Below, piece by piece: positions 25,916 through 34,886 of a stretch of 64,000 nt of DNA (position 1 is its first letter; each line of letters opens with the position of its first letter). Position numbers and translations under genes: made by a program. Under the pieces are notes generated by a model that saw only the letters and a list, made by a program, of their open reading frames with translations, did no database searches and was not told the origin of the DNA. The stretch comes from Patescibacteria group bacterium (GTDB lineage Bacteria > Patescibacteriota > Patescibacteriia > Patescibacteriales > JBAZCA01), in assembly GCA_041671125.1 (NCBI GenBank), contig JBAZCA010000001.1, forward strand, positions 136,120-200,119, written 5' to 3'.

Positions 25916-25926
25916 CTTTTTAATTT

Positions 25927-27015
25927 ATGAAAAAATTTAGAGTCGGCATCCTCGGCGCGACCGGCATGGTTGGCCAAAACTACATAAGATTGCTTAATAA
26001 CCACCCCTGGTTCAAAGTTACCTACGTCGCGGCTTCGGCCAATTCGGCCGGAGTAACGTATTTTGATTCCATAATCGGCCGCTGGCAGATGGCCACCGCC
26101 GTCCCCAAAGACACAAAGTCTTTAATCGTTGAAAATGTCGCCAACATCAATAAAGCCAGGAAGCATTGTGATTTTGTTTTTTCGGCCTTTGAAATGCCGG
26201 ACAAAAACCTGGTTAAAGAAATGGAGGAAAAATACGCCGCCGCCGGAATCCCGGTCGTCTCAAACGCCTCGGCCAACCGGTTTACCGATGACGTGCCCAT
26301 GCTTATCCCGGAAATAAATCCGCACCATATTGACATCATTCCGATCCAGAAAAAAAAACGTGGCTGGAAAAAAGGTTTTATCGTCGTCAAACCCAATTGC
26401 AGTCTTCAAAGTTATATCACCCCGATTTTTTCCCTTACTAAAGCGGGCTATCCGGTTGAAAAAATATTTATCACCACCCTTCAGGCCGTATCCGGCGCCG
26501 GTTATCCGGGCGTGCCAAGCCTGGATATGATTGGCAATGTCGTGCCATTTATCCCGGGCGAAGAAGAAAAAACCGAGGAAGAACCTTTAAAAATCCTCGG
26601 GGAAATAAAGGACGGAAAATTCCAAAAGGCGGTTTATCCGACAATTTCCGCCCATTGCAACCGGGTGCCGGTGATTGACGGCCATCTCGCCTGCGTCAGC
26701 CTGAAATTCGCCGGGAAAAAACCCAGCCGGGAAAAAATCCTGAAAATCTGGAAAGAATTCAGGGCTCTTCCCCAAACCTTAAAACTGCCGATGGCGCCGG
26801 AACAGCCGATCCTTTACCGTAACGAGCATAACCGCCCCCAGCCGAGAAAAGACCGGGATCGGGAAAAAGGCATGGCCGTTACCGTCGGACGCTTAAGGGA
26901 ATGCAAAATCTTTGACTATAAATTCGCGGCTTTAAGCCATAACACGGTGCGCGGCGCGGCCGGCGGCGGAATATTAAACGCCGAATTGCTTGTGAAGAAA
27001 GGATATATAAAATAA
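25927..27015 (+). CDS. asd: Aspartate-semialdehyde dehydrogenase
   Basis: VGILGATGMVGQ, KPNCS (active-site Cys) and SAHCNRVPV motifs. Confidence 0.9.
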   Translation: MKKFRVGILGATGMVGQNYIRLLNNHPWFKVTYVAASANSAGVTYFDSIIGRWQMATAVPKDTKSLIVENVANINKARKHCDFVFSAFEMPDKNLVKEMEEKYAAAGIPVVSNASANRFTDDVPMLIPEINPHHIDIIPIQKKKRGWKKGFIVVKPNCSLQSYITPIFSLTKAGYPVEKIFITTLQAVSGAGYPGVPSLDMIGNVVPFIPGEEEKTEEEPLKILGEIKDGKFQKAVYPTISAHCNRVPVIDGHLACVSLKFAGKKPSREKILKIWKEFRALPQTLKLPMAPEQPILYRNEHNRPQPRKDRDREKGMAVTVGRLRECKIFDYKFAALSHNTVRGAAGGGILNAELLVKKGYIK

Positions 27016-27120
27016 ATCTTCAATTATCAATGATCAATTTTCAATCAATTTTCAATTAAGCAATTTTAAAATTTAGAAATTAATTCATTTAAAATTGTTT
27101 AAAAATTTAAAATTTTCCGA
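27016..27120. repeat. Family E AT-rich hairpin repeat
   Basis: caattatcaatgatcaattttcaatcaattttcaattaagcaattttaaaatttagaaattaattcatttaaaattgtttaaaaatttaaaatt. Confidence 0.65.
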
Positions 27121-27131
27121 TTTACATTTCA

Positions 27132-28430
27132 ATGTCTTCAAAATCATATAAAATTCTTCCTCTCAAACATCCAATCAGTAAAACCATCACCATGCCCGGT
27201 TCTAAGAGCCTCTCTAACCGCTGCTTAGTAATGGCGGCGTTTTCGCGCGGGCAATCCGTAATCACGGGCGCGTCCGAATCGGACGACTGCCGGATTATGG
27301 TTTCCGCGCTAAAAAAATTGGGAGTTAAAATTAAAAAAAACCGAAACCGGTTGATTGTTTTTGGTAATAACGGCGAATTCCAGCCTTTCAAAGGAAAAAT
27401 AGATGTTGGCGCGGCCGGAACCGCCGCCCGTTTTCTTCTCGCTATCTGCGCTCTGGCGCCCGGAGAAATAATCCTTGACGGGACGTATCGTATGCGGCAA
27501 AGGCCAATCGGCGAACTGGTTAACGCTTTACGAAAACTCGGAGCCGGAATCCAATACCAAAGAAAAGCTAATTGCCTGCCGGTTAAAATCAGGGGTGGAA
27601 ATCTAACCGGCCGGAAAGTCAGCCTGCCCGGAAGAATCTCAAGCCAATTTTTTACTTCCCTTCTCCTGATCGCCCCGGTTTTAAAACAAGGGATTGAAAT
27701 AAGCGTTATTGGCGGACAAATTTCTAAATCTTATATAGACATGACTTTGGACGGTTTAAAAAAACACGGGGTTAGGATAAAAAACCAGGATTATAAAAAA
27801 TACATAGTCCGGCCAGATGCTCGCTACAAACCGGGTCATTACCAAGTTGAAGGCGACGCTTCAGGCGCGAGTTATTTTTTCGCCCTGGCCGCGTTAACCA
27901 AAAACCGGATCCGGATAAAAAATATTCTGCCTGATTCTTCGCAAGGCGACGCTAAATTTCCGGATCTACTAAAACGGATGGGCGCGAAAGTAATAAAAAA
28001 CCAAAAAGAAAACTGGATTGAAGTATCCGGAACCGGCCGCTTAAAAGGCATTTCCGTTAATATGGAAAACATGCCGGATACGGCTCAGACTTTAGCGATA
28101 GTGGCCGCCTTTGCCAAAGACAAAACTAAAATCACCGGGCTTTCCACTCTAAGACATAAAGAAACCGACCGCCTTTCAGCGCTAAAGAATGAACTGAAAA
28201 AAATGGGCGTCAGGTCTGAAATTACCGCTAATTCCATAACGATTCACGGCGGGCGACCGGGCAGCGCGATAATTGATACTTATGGTGATCACCGCATGGC
28301 CATGGCTTTCGCGATCGCTGGCTCGCGGATTCCGGACTTAGCGATTAAAGACCCGGCCGTAGTGTCAAAATCATTTCCGGAATTCTGGTCACTATTAAAA
28401 AGTATTGGTGTTAAAACAACGTCATCCTGA
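27132..28430 (+). CDS. aroA: 3-phosphoshikimate 1-carboxyvinyltransferase (EPSP synthase)
   Basis: PGSKSLSNR, GAAGTAARFL and HRMAMAFAIAG motifs. The last codons ACG TCA TCC TGA lie in the family C repeat. Confidence 0.9.
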   Translation: MSSKSYKILPLKHPISKTITMPGSKSLSNRCLVMAAFSRGQSVITGASESDDCRIMVSALKKLGVKIKKNRNRLIVFGNNGEFQPFKGKIDVGAAGTAARFLLAICALAPGEIILDGTYRMRQRPIGELVNALRKLGAGIQYQRKANCLPVKIRGGNLTGRKVSLPGRISSQFFTSLLLIAPVLKQGIEISVIGGQISKSYIDMTLDGLKKHGVRIKNQDYKKYIVRPDARYKPGHYQVEGDASGASYFFALAALTKNRIRIKNILPDSSQGDAKFPDLLKRMGAKVIKNQKENWIEVSGTGRLKGISVNMENMPDTAQTLAIVAAFAKDKTKITGLSTLRHKETDRLSALKNELKKMGVRSEITANSITIHGGRPGSAIIDTYGDHRMAMAFAIAGSRIPDLAIKDPAVVSKSFPEFWSLLKSIGVKTTSS

Positions 28431-28520
28431 GCGAAGTGGAACGTAGTGAAGGATCTCGTTAAAAACAGTAAGCGTCGCGAAGACGGGATTCTTCCCCCGC
28501 AAATGCGGGGTCAGAATGAC
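28421..28520. repeat. Family C palindromic repeat overlapping the aroA stop
   Basis: gtcatcctgagcgaagtggaacgtagtgaaggatctcg...gggattcttcccccgcaaatgcggggtcagaatgac. Confidence 0.8.
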
Positions 28521-28533
28521 GAAAAGAGAATAT

Positions 28534-29856
28534 ATGAATATAATCCTTATCGGTTTCATGGGTTCGGGAAAAACTACGCTAGCCAAAATACTCACAGACG
28601 CTTTGGGCTGGAAGGCAATTGAAATGGATGATTTGATTTTAAAAAAAAGCGGTCGAAGGACCATTGGTGAAATTTTTGAAAAAAACGGCGAATCGGTCTT
28701 TCGAAAATTGGAAGCGCAAATCGCCAGAGAATTATCCAATACTAATAATAAAATCATCTCTACCGGCGGGGGCGTTATCATGAACGCTAAAAATATCGCT
28801 AACCTGAAAAAAACCGGAAAAATTGTTTATTTAAAAGACAGCTTTGAAAATATCCGGGAAAGATTAAAAAAAGATAAAACCCGGCCGCTCTTTCAGGATT
28901 TAAAGAAAGCAAGAAAACTGTTTAAGCTTCGCCAGTCCTTATACGAGAAATACGCCGATGAAATTATTAATTGCGCGGCTAACCCGGACTTAAACCGCGT
29001 CAGCCGGGAAATTACTAAACGGCTGGAAAAAGACTTAAAAAAAATCTGCCTGATTATCGGCGATCCCGTAGCCCACAGCCTCTCGCCCGCCATGCATAAC
29101 GCCGGCTATCGGGCTTTAAAAATTGATAACCAATTTATTTTTCTTTCAGCCAAAGTTAAGCCGCGGGAATTAAAAAACAGCGTCCGGGCGGCGAGAACTT
29201 TAGGAATCCGCGGACTTACCTCTACCATGCCGCACAAACAAGCGATAATGAAATACCTTGACCGGATTGACCCAATCGCGAAAAAAATCGGCGCGGTTAA
29301 TACGGTGGTTAATGAGAGCGGCCGACTGACCGGCTATAATACTGACTGGCTGGGCGCCGTAATCCCTTTGGAAAATTCTGCCGGTAAAAATGGCTTAAAA
29401 AATAAAAGAGTGGCTCTACTCGGTTCGGGCGGCGCGGCCCGGGCGATTGCCTACGGGTTAGCGAAAAAAGGCGCCCGCTTAAAAATCTTTGACCGCGACA
29501 TTAATAACGCGCGAAAACTGGCTAAGGAATTCGGGGCAGAATCCGGCGGTTATTCGCAAATCCATGAAGTTAAAAGCTCTGACATCATTATCAACGCCAC
29601 GCCGATCGGCATGAAACCGCGTGAAAATGAATCACTGGTACCAGCGGAATTTTTACGTAAAGACCAGGTTGTTTTTGACGCCGTCTATTTTCCCCGAAAA
29701 ACCAAACTTTTAAAACAGGCGGAAAAAAAAGGCGCGAAAATTATTCCCGGCTTGGAAATGCTTTTATATCAGGGAGCGGCCCAGTTTGAATTATATACCG
29801 GCAGAAAAGCGCCGGTTGAAGCAATGAGAAAAGCCTTGAAAAGATGCGAGCATTGA
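28534..29856 (+). CDS. aroK-aroE: Shikimate kinase / shikimate 5-dehydrogenase fusion
   Basis: N-terminus has GFMGSGKTT and STGGGVI (shikimate kinase). C-terminus has GDPVAHSLSPAMHN, MPHK, NTDW and GSGGAARA (shikimate dehydrogenase). Start placed at MNIILIGF. The stop lies in family B repeat copy 3. Confidence 0.85.
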   Translation: MNIILIGFMGSGKTTLAKILTDALGWKAIEMDDLILKKSGRRTIGEIFEKNGESVFRKLEAQIARELSNTNNKIISTGGGVIMNAKNIANLKKTGKIVYLKDSFENIRERLKKDKTRPLFQDLKKARKLFKLRQSLYEKYADEIINCAANPDLNRVSREITKRLEKDLKKICLIIGDPVAHSLSPAMHNAGYRALKIDNQFIFLSAKVKPRELKNSVRAARTLGIRGLTSTMPHKQAIMKYLDRIDPIAKKIGAVNTVVNESGRLTGYNTDWLGAVIPLENSAGKNGLKNKRVALLGSGGAARAIAYGLAKKGARLKIFDRDINNARKLAKEFGAESGGYSQIHEVKSSDIIINATPIGMKPRENESLVPAEFLRKDQVVFDAVYFPRKTKLLKQAEKKGAKIIPGLEMLLYQGAAQFELYTGRKAPVEAMRKALKRCEH

Positions 29857-30038
29857 AAAATTTCGGATAAGACAAACGGACATTTTCCTCTACAAAATTT
29901 TTCTGTCCGAGCGAACCCGCCGAATCGGCGGGGAGCGAGTTAAAAATTTTGTTAGGAAAATAGAGGTTTGACCCGAAATTTTTCACCTGCTCGCGATTTT
30001 TACGCCACTTTTTCTAAAAAAGTGGCAAATAAAATACA
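29853..30038 (+). repeat. Family B structured element, copy 3 (variant inner stem)
   Basis: Same outer arms (gatgcgagcattgaaaaatttcgg / ccgaaatttttcacctgctcgc), same central cccgccgaatcggcgggg and same 3' hairpin. The inner arms differ from the other copies but remain mutually complementary. Confidence 0.8.
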
Positions 30039-30048
30039 TCTTATAAAT

Positions 30049-30717
30049 ATGAACATCCGTATCTGCGCCGTTATTACGGGAAAAAACTTAAAAGAATTTA
30101 TAACTAACCTGAAAAAAGCCCAGAAACAAACTGACTGGGTTGAGCTAAGGGTGGATTATATTCGTGATTTCAAAATTGAAGATATAGCAAAAATCAAAAA
30201 GGGGGTTAAAAAAAATTCCATATTCACCTGCAGAAAACCAAACGAAGGCGGAGAGTTTAAAGGCGCGGAAAAAGAACGGCTGGCCATATTAAACGCCGCG
30301 CTTAAAGAAGGCTTTGATCTAATTGACATTGAGCTCTCCTCTTTTGACAAAGTAAGAATTCCCGCCGGCAATCCGAGGATGATTTGTTCCTATCACGATT
30401 TTAAAAAGACTCCGAGTTTAGAACAGCTTAAAAAAATCGCCGCCAAGATGGAAAAAACCGGAGCGCCGATAATTAAACTTGTAACCATGATTAACGAACT
30501 AGATGACAACCAAAAACTTTTTGAACTTTTGGCCGCTAAGAAAAATGAATCAAAGATGATAGTTTTGGGCATGGGAGAAAAAGGAAAAATCACCCGCCTT
30601 TTATCCCCGCTCTGGGGCGGCTTTATGACTTTCGCGTCAATCGGACAGGCGACAGCGCCGGGGCAAATGACGGTTAAAGAATTGAAGGATGTTTATAAAA
30701 AAATGGGTGCCCGGTAA
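30049..30717 (+). CDS. aroD: 3-dehydroquinate dehydratase, type I
   Basis: MNIRICAVITG...VELRVDY...ICSYHDF...KLVTM (Schiff-base Lys region). The ORF-track start at 29968 lies in the repeat. Confidence 0.85.
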   Translation: MNIRICAVITGKNLKEFITNLKKAQKQTDWVELRVDYIRDFKIEDIAKIKKGVKKNSIFTCRKPNEGGEFKGAEKERLAILNAALKEGFDLIDIELSSFDKVRIPAGNPRMICSYHDFKKTPSLEQLKKIAAKMEKTGAPIIKLVTMINELDDNQKLFELLAAKKNESKMIVLGMGEKGKITRLLSPLWGGFMTFASIGQATAPGQMTVKELKDVYKKMGAR

Positions 30718-30758
30718 GGATAAAAGGCACGCCTCTAATCCTTACCGGGGTTGGGGGT

Positions 30759-30869
30759 TTATTCCTCTTTCTTTTTTCCCTTCACTATTTTATAAATGGC
30801 AACATGCTCATTTATGGCGAAGGCGACAAAAAGAAAGATCATCACCCACTTGACGATTTCAATCAACAA
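30759..30869 (-). CDS. Candidate 36-aa single-TM peptide antisense to the aro operon
   Basis: AGGAGGTG, 6 nt, then a TTG start: (M)LIEIVKWVMIFLFVAFAINEHVAIYKIVKGKKKEE. Followed by the hairpin ccggtaaggat/atccttaccgg (30709-30748). Confidence 0.3.
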   Translation of the reverse strand: MLIEIVKWVMIFLFVAFAINEHVAIYKIVKGKKKEE

Positions 30870-30934
30870 TTTTTTCACCTCCTTTCATAAAGAACAGTTG
30901 TATTAACATAACATAATTATTAATTTTTGTCAAT

Positions 30935-32011
30935 ATGTCAAACACATTTGGAAAATTATTCACTATTACTACTTTCGGCGAATCGCACGGTCCGGCGTTG
31001 GGCGTTATTATTGACGGCTATCCGGCCGGTTTAAAAATTACCGAGGCGGACATCCAGAAAGAACTAGACCGGAGAAAACCCGGGCAAAGCGCGATTACGA
31101 CGTCACGCGAAGAGGATGATAAAATCCGGATTATGTCCGGCATTACCGAAGGAAAAACCACCGGCGCGCCAATTATGCTGATCGTGGAAAACCGCGACGC
31201 CCGTTCAAAGGATTATGGCAGTCTTAAAGAGGTTTACCGGCCCGGACACGCGGATTTTACTTATGAAGTTAAATACGGGCATAGAGAATGGCGCGGCGGC
31301 GGACGAGCGTCGGCGAGAACTACCTTAGCCCAGGTGGCGGCCGGCGCAATCGCTAAAAAATATTTAAAGGAAAAACTCGGCGTTGAAATCCTCGGCTTTG
31401 TTGACCAGGTAGGCGATATTAAGGCCGATATTGAATGCGCTAAAGTGAGTTTAAAAAAAGTTGAAGCCAATCCTATCCGCTGTCCTGACGAAAAAACCGC
31501 GAAAGAAATGATTAAACTTATTATTGCCGCGAAAGCCGATGGCGATTCAGTCGGCGGCGCGGTGGCGGCCGTTATCAGGAATGTTCCGGCCGGCCTTGGC
31601 AGTCCGGTTTTTGATAAACTACCGGCTGATTTAGCTAAGGCCATGATGGGAATTAACGCGGCCAAAGGCTTTGAAATCGGCTCGGGATTCGGGGCGGCGA
31701 AAATGCGCGGGAGCGAACATAATGATTCTTTTTACAGCGCCAACGGCCAGGTTAAAACCAAAACCAACTTTGCCGGCGGAACGCTGGGCGGAATTTCTAC
31801 CGGCGAAGATATTTATTTCCGCGTCGCTTTTAAGCCGACTTCCACTATCTCAAAAGCTCAGGATACGATTGACCGCCGCGGCAAAAAGGTCATTTTAAAA
31901 GCCGCCGGACGCCACGACCCCTGCATCGTCCCCCGCGCCGTCCCAATAGTAGAAGCCATGGCGGCGTTGGTGGTTATGGATCATTATCTAAGGTGGAAGG
32001 CGTATAAATAG
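30935..32011 (+). CDS. aroC: Chorismate synthase
   Basis: FGESHGPALGVIIDG, RPGHAD, GGGRASARTT and GRHDPC motifs. Confidence 0.95.
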   Translation: MSNTFGKLFTITTFGESHGPALGVIIDGYPAGLKITEADIQKELDRRKPGQSAITTSREEDDKIRIMSGITEGKTTGAPIMLIVENRDARSKDYGSLKEVYRPGHADFTYEVKYGHREWRGGGRASARTTLAQVAAGAIAKKYLKEKLGVEILGFVDQVGDIKADIECAKVSLKKVEANPIRCPDEKTAKEMIKLIIAAKADGDSVGGAVAAVIRNVPAGLGSPVFDKLPADLAKAMMGINAAKGFEIGSGFGAAKMRGSEHNDSFYSANGQVKTKTNFAGGTLGGISTGEDIYFRVAFKPTSTISKAQDTIDRRGKKVILKAAGRHDPCIVPRAVPIVEAMAALVVMDHYLRWKAYK

Positions 32012-32020
32012 TGAACCGCG

Positions 32021-32050
32021 CTTGACACCAATTCCCCTTTTTGCTATAAA
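32021..32050 (+). promoter_or_regulatory. Sigma70-like promoter of the trp T-box leader
   Basis: TTGACA (32021-32026), 18 nt spacer, TATAAA (32045-32050). Confidence 0.55.
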
Positions 32051-32059
32051 TAAAATAGA

Positions 32060-32330
32060 TCATTTACAGAAATAAAGTCTAGCCGGATCCCTTGGAATTC
32101 CCGAGGGACTGGGTCCGGTAGTCATGCCTGATACAGTATAGGCATGAAAGGCGGCTTTTGCGTTAGTGAAAGCCCGGCTTCCTCCGTAACCACAGGATAA
32201 CCAGTTTCCAGGCATGGAGCTGGTGAAAGCGATCCGCTTCTTCGGCGGGTAAAAAAGGTGGCACCGCGGGATAACCTCTCGTCCTTTTATCTAAATTTTA
32301 TGTTTGGATAAAAAGATGAGAGGTTTTTTT
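32060..32330 (+). promoter_or_regulatory. T-box riboswitch leader (predicted tRNA-Trp responsive)
   Basis: aaaaaaGGTGGCACCGCGGGataaCCTCTCGTCC (32251-32284) matches the conserved T-box sequence. Terminator: cctctcgtcc...gatgagagg followed by T7, ending at 32330. Candidate UGG specifier at 32093-32095 (UGGA) or 32110-32112. Confidence 0.8.
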
Positions 32331-32630
32331 AATATCTACAAATCAACGAATTTACAACAAATCTACGAATATAGAACTTACGCGTTTATGCGTAAATACC
32401 CCCTTTGTCATTCCGGAAGCCGTTTGGCTATCCGGAATCCAGGATTAGAAGCTTTAACTAAATTTTCAGGATTAAAGGCATTATTACCTTTAAACCCTGG
32501 ATTCCGGCTCTCCGTCTCGATGATTCGGGACTCCGGCCGGAATGACAAAGTGAATTTGTTGGTTAAACGCACAAGTCTTGGAATAAATAAAATTTACATA
32601 TTTGTAAATTCGTCGTTGATTTGTGGGCGC
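32331..32630. repeat. Triple-nested palindromic composite between the T-box and trpE
   Basis: Outer arms caaatcaacgaatttacaa / ttgtaaattcgtcgttgatttg. Middle arms acttacgcgttt / aaacgcacaagt. Inner family C core tgtcattccgg...ccggaatgaca. Confidence 0.75.
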
Positions 32631-32640
32631 CCAAATAACT

Positions 32641-34053
32641 ATGCTTCCTAAAATATTATTAAATAACAAAAAACCGACTTACGTTAAATTCGCCGAGGAC
32701 TTAGACTTCTTTAAGCTGTTTAAAATTATTGAACGGGTTTTTGACAACTGTTTTATCCTTGAATCCCTCGGTGAAGAGGGCGACCGTTCGCGTTATCACG
32801 TCATTGGTTTTGACCCGGAAATGATCTTGTCGGCGCGCGGTAATGAATTAAAATGCCATCGCGTAGAGACGAGGCATGCCTCGTCTCTAACCGGCGCGCC
32901 TAAACCGCGGGTATCTGTCCATCAAACCAAAAATCCCTATTACGCCCTGCGCCAAATCGTTCCTAAAGACATAATCTCGCGCCAATATTCCGGCGGTCTT
33001 ATCGGCTATATCGCTTATGAGGCTATGAATTATTTTGAACCGGCGATAAATTTAAAACCTCATCCTGATTTTGACCAGTTTAAATTCGGCGTTTATACCG
33101 ACGGCCTGGTTTACGATAAAATGACCGGCGAGGCGTTTTATTTTTACTACGATAACGACCGCTCGGCGCTATTAAAAGAAATCGCCTTGGCCGGAAAAAA
33201 TATCGGTTTAAAATCCAAACCCCGGGTTAAATTCATCCGCGACACAAAAACAGAAAAAGAGCATGAAAAAATGGTAAAAAGGATAAAAAAAGATATCGTG
33301 GACGGCAAAATCTTCCAGTGCGTCGCCGGTTTTAAAAGCGAATTTAAGCTCAGCGGTCCGGACATCTTGATTTACGAAAGGCTCCGGACGATAAATCCCT
33401 CGCCGCACATGTTTTATTTAAAATTCGGCGCTGAAAAAATCATCGGCGCGAGTCCCGAGCTCCTTTTTCGCCTGCGCGAGGGCGAGATGGAAACTTTTCC
33501 TTTGGCCGGAACCGCGGCCCGGGGAAAAAACGCCGATGAAGACCAGAAGCTCGGACGCCGGCTTTTATCCGACCCGAAAGAAATTGCCGAGCATTCCATG
33601 TTAATTGACCTCCATCGGAATGACATCGGCCGGGTCGCCAAATTCGGGACGGTTAAAGTCCGAAACGCGATGACCCTGAAAAAATTCAGCCACGTCCAGC
33701 ATATCTCTTCCGAAGTGGCTGGCGCGATTAAAAAAAGCGAAGACATGTTCTCCACTTTAGCCGCTAATTTTCCGGCCGGCACTTTAAGCGGCGCGCCTAA
33801 AATTGAAGCTATAAAAATAATCGCCCGTGAAGAAAGGCGGGCGCGGGGTCCTTACGGCGGCGCCGTCGGCCATTTCGGCTTTAATGGCGAATGCGCTTTT
33901 GCCATCCCCATCCGCTCGCTTTTTATTTCGGGAAAAAAAGCCTTTACCCAGACCGGCGGCGGGATTGTTTATGATTCTACACCCGCCAAAGAATACAGTG
34001 AAATTATAAATAAGTTAGCGGCCATGAAAAAAGTACTAGAAAAATTTGAATAA
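32641..34053 (+). CDS. trpE: Anthranilate synthase component I
   Basis: SPELLFR, LAGTAARG, DPKEIAEHSMLIDL and GTLSGAPK motifs. Contains a perfect 26 bp palindrome at 32864-32889. Confidence 0.9.
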   Translation: MLPKILLNNKKPTYVKFAEDLDFFKLFKIIERVFDNCFILESLGEEGDRSRYHVIGFDPEMILSARGNELKCHRVETRHASSLTGAPKPRVSVHQTKNPYYALRQIVPKDIISRQYSGGLIGYIAYEAMNYFEPAINLKPHPDFDQFKFGVYTDGLVYDKMTGEAFYFYYDNDRSALLKEIALAGKNIGLKSKPRVKFIRDTKTEKEHEKMVKRIKKDIVDGKIFQCVAGFKSEFKLSGPDILIYERLRTINPSPHMFYLKFGAEKIIGASPELLFRLREGEMETFPLAGTAARGKNADEDQKLGRRLLSDPKEIAEHSMLIDLHRNDIGRVAKFGTVKVRNAMTLKKFSHVQHISSEVAGAIKKSEDMFSTLAANFPAGTLSGAPKIEAIKIIAREERRARGPYGGAVGHFGFNGECAFAIPIRSLFISGKKAFTQTGGGIVYDSTPAKEYSEIINKLAAMKKVLEKFE

Positions 34054-34157
34054 CCCGCGAATCAACAAATCAACAACAAATCAACAAATTCTAAATATTA
34101 AAGTTTATCGATATTCGTAGATTCGTGAATATATTCGTTGATTTGTGGGTTAATTTT

Positions 34158-34769
34158 ATGAAAATTCTAATTATAGATAACTACGACTCCTTCACCTATA
34201 ACCTCTACCAGTATATCGGGGAAATTTTATCGTCCGACGGGCGGCCGTTTGAGCTTATCGTCAAACGAAACAACGAGATAACGGCCAAAGAAATTATTAA
34301 AGCCGGTTTTGATAAAATAGTCATCTCTCCCGGGCCGGGCGAACCCGCTGATCCGGCCTATTTTGGGGTATGCGCCCGCGTTATAACCGACATCGGAAAA
34401 AAGATCCCTGTCTTAGGCGTTTGTCTCGGCATGCAGGGCATCGCCCATTACTGCGGCGGAAAAGTCGTCAAAGCTAAACTGCCTATGCATGGAAAAACCA
34501 GCCGGATAACCCATAACGCCAAAGGGTTATTTAAAGGCCTGCCCCAAAATCTTGAAGTCATGCGCTACCATTCTTTAGTCGCTGATCCGGATTCCCTTCC
34601 CGATTGCCTTGAAGTTATCGCCCGGGCGGCTGACACGGGAGAAATTATGGGGCTTAAGCATAAAAAATATCCAATCTCGGGAGTGCAATTCCATCCGGAA
34701 TCATTCGCCACCGAAGGCGGGAAAATCCTTTTAAAGAATTTTTTACGTAATAAACCATCCGCAAACTGA
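34158..34769 (+). CDS. trpG: Anthranilate synthase component II (glutamine amidotransferase)
   Basis: ILIIDNYDSFTYNLYQY, GVCLGMQ (catalytic Cys) and GVQFHPES. Confidence 0.9.
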   Translation: MKILIIDNYDSFTYNLYQYIGEILSSDGRPFELIVKRNNEITAKEIIKAGFDKIVISPGPGEPADPAYFGVCARVITDIGKKIPVLGVCLGMQGIAHYCGGKVVKAKLPMHGKTSRITHNAKGLFKGLPQNLEVMRYHSLVADPDSLPDCLEVIARAADTGEIMGLKHKKYPISGVQFHPESFATEGGKILLKNFLRNKPSAN

Positions 34770-34886
34770 AAGCAAATTTTTCCATTCCATCAAAATTTTT
34801 GAATTATGATTTATGAATTAAGAATAATTTCTTATCACTAAATATTCATAAATCATAATTCATCATTCATTTTTTATAGCATCATT

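Noticed and set aside
11558-32651. ORFs that are translations of repeat families (11558..11740, 11592..11777, 13420..13713, 19370..19939, 19333..19611, 29741..29986, 32304..32651, 1750..2235)
   Set aside because: Each coincides with family B, C or D repeats or composite palindromes that recur elsewhere in the window. Open frames occur on both strands, there are no start signals, and the products are nonsense-like.
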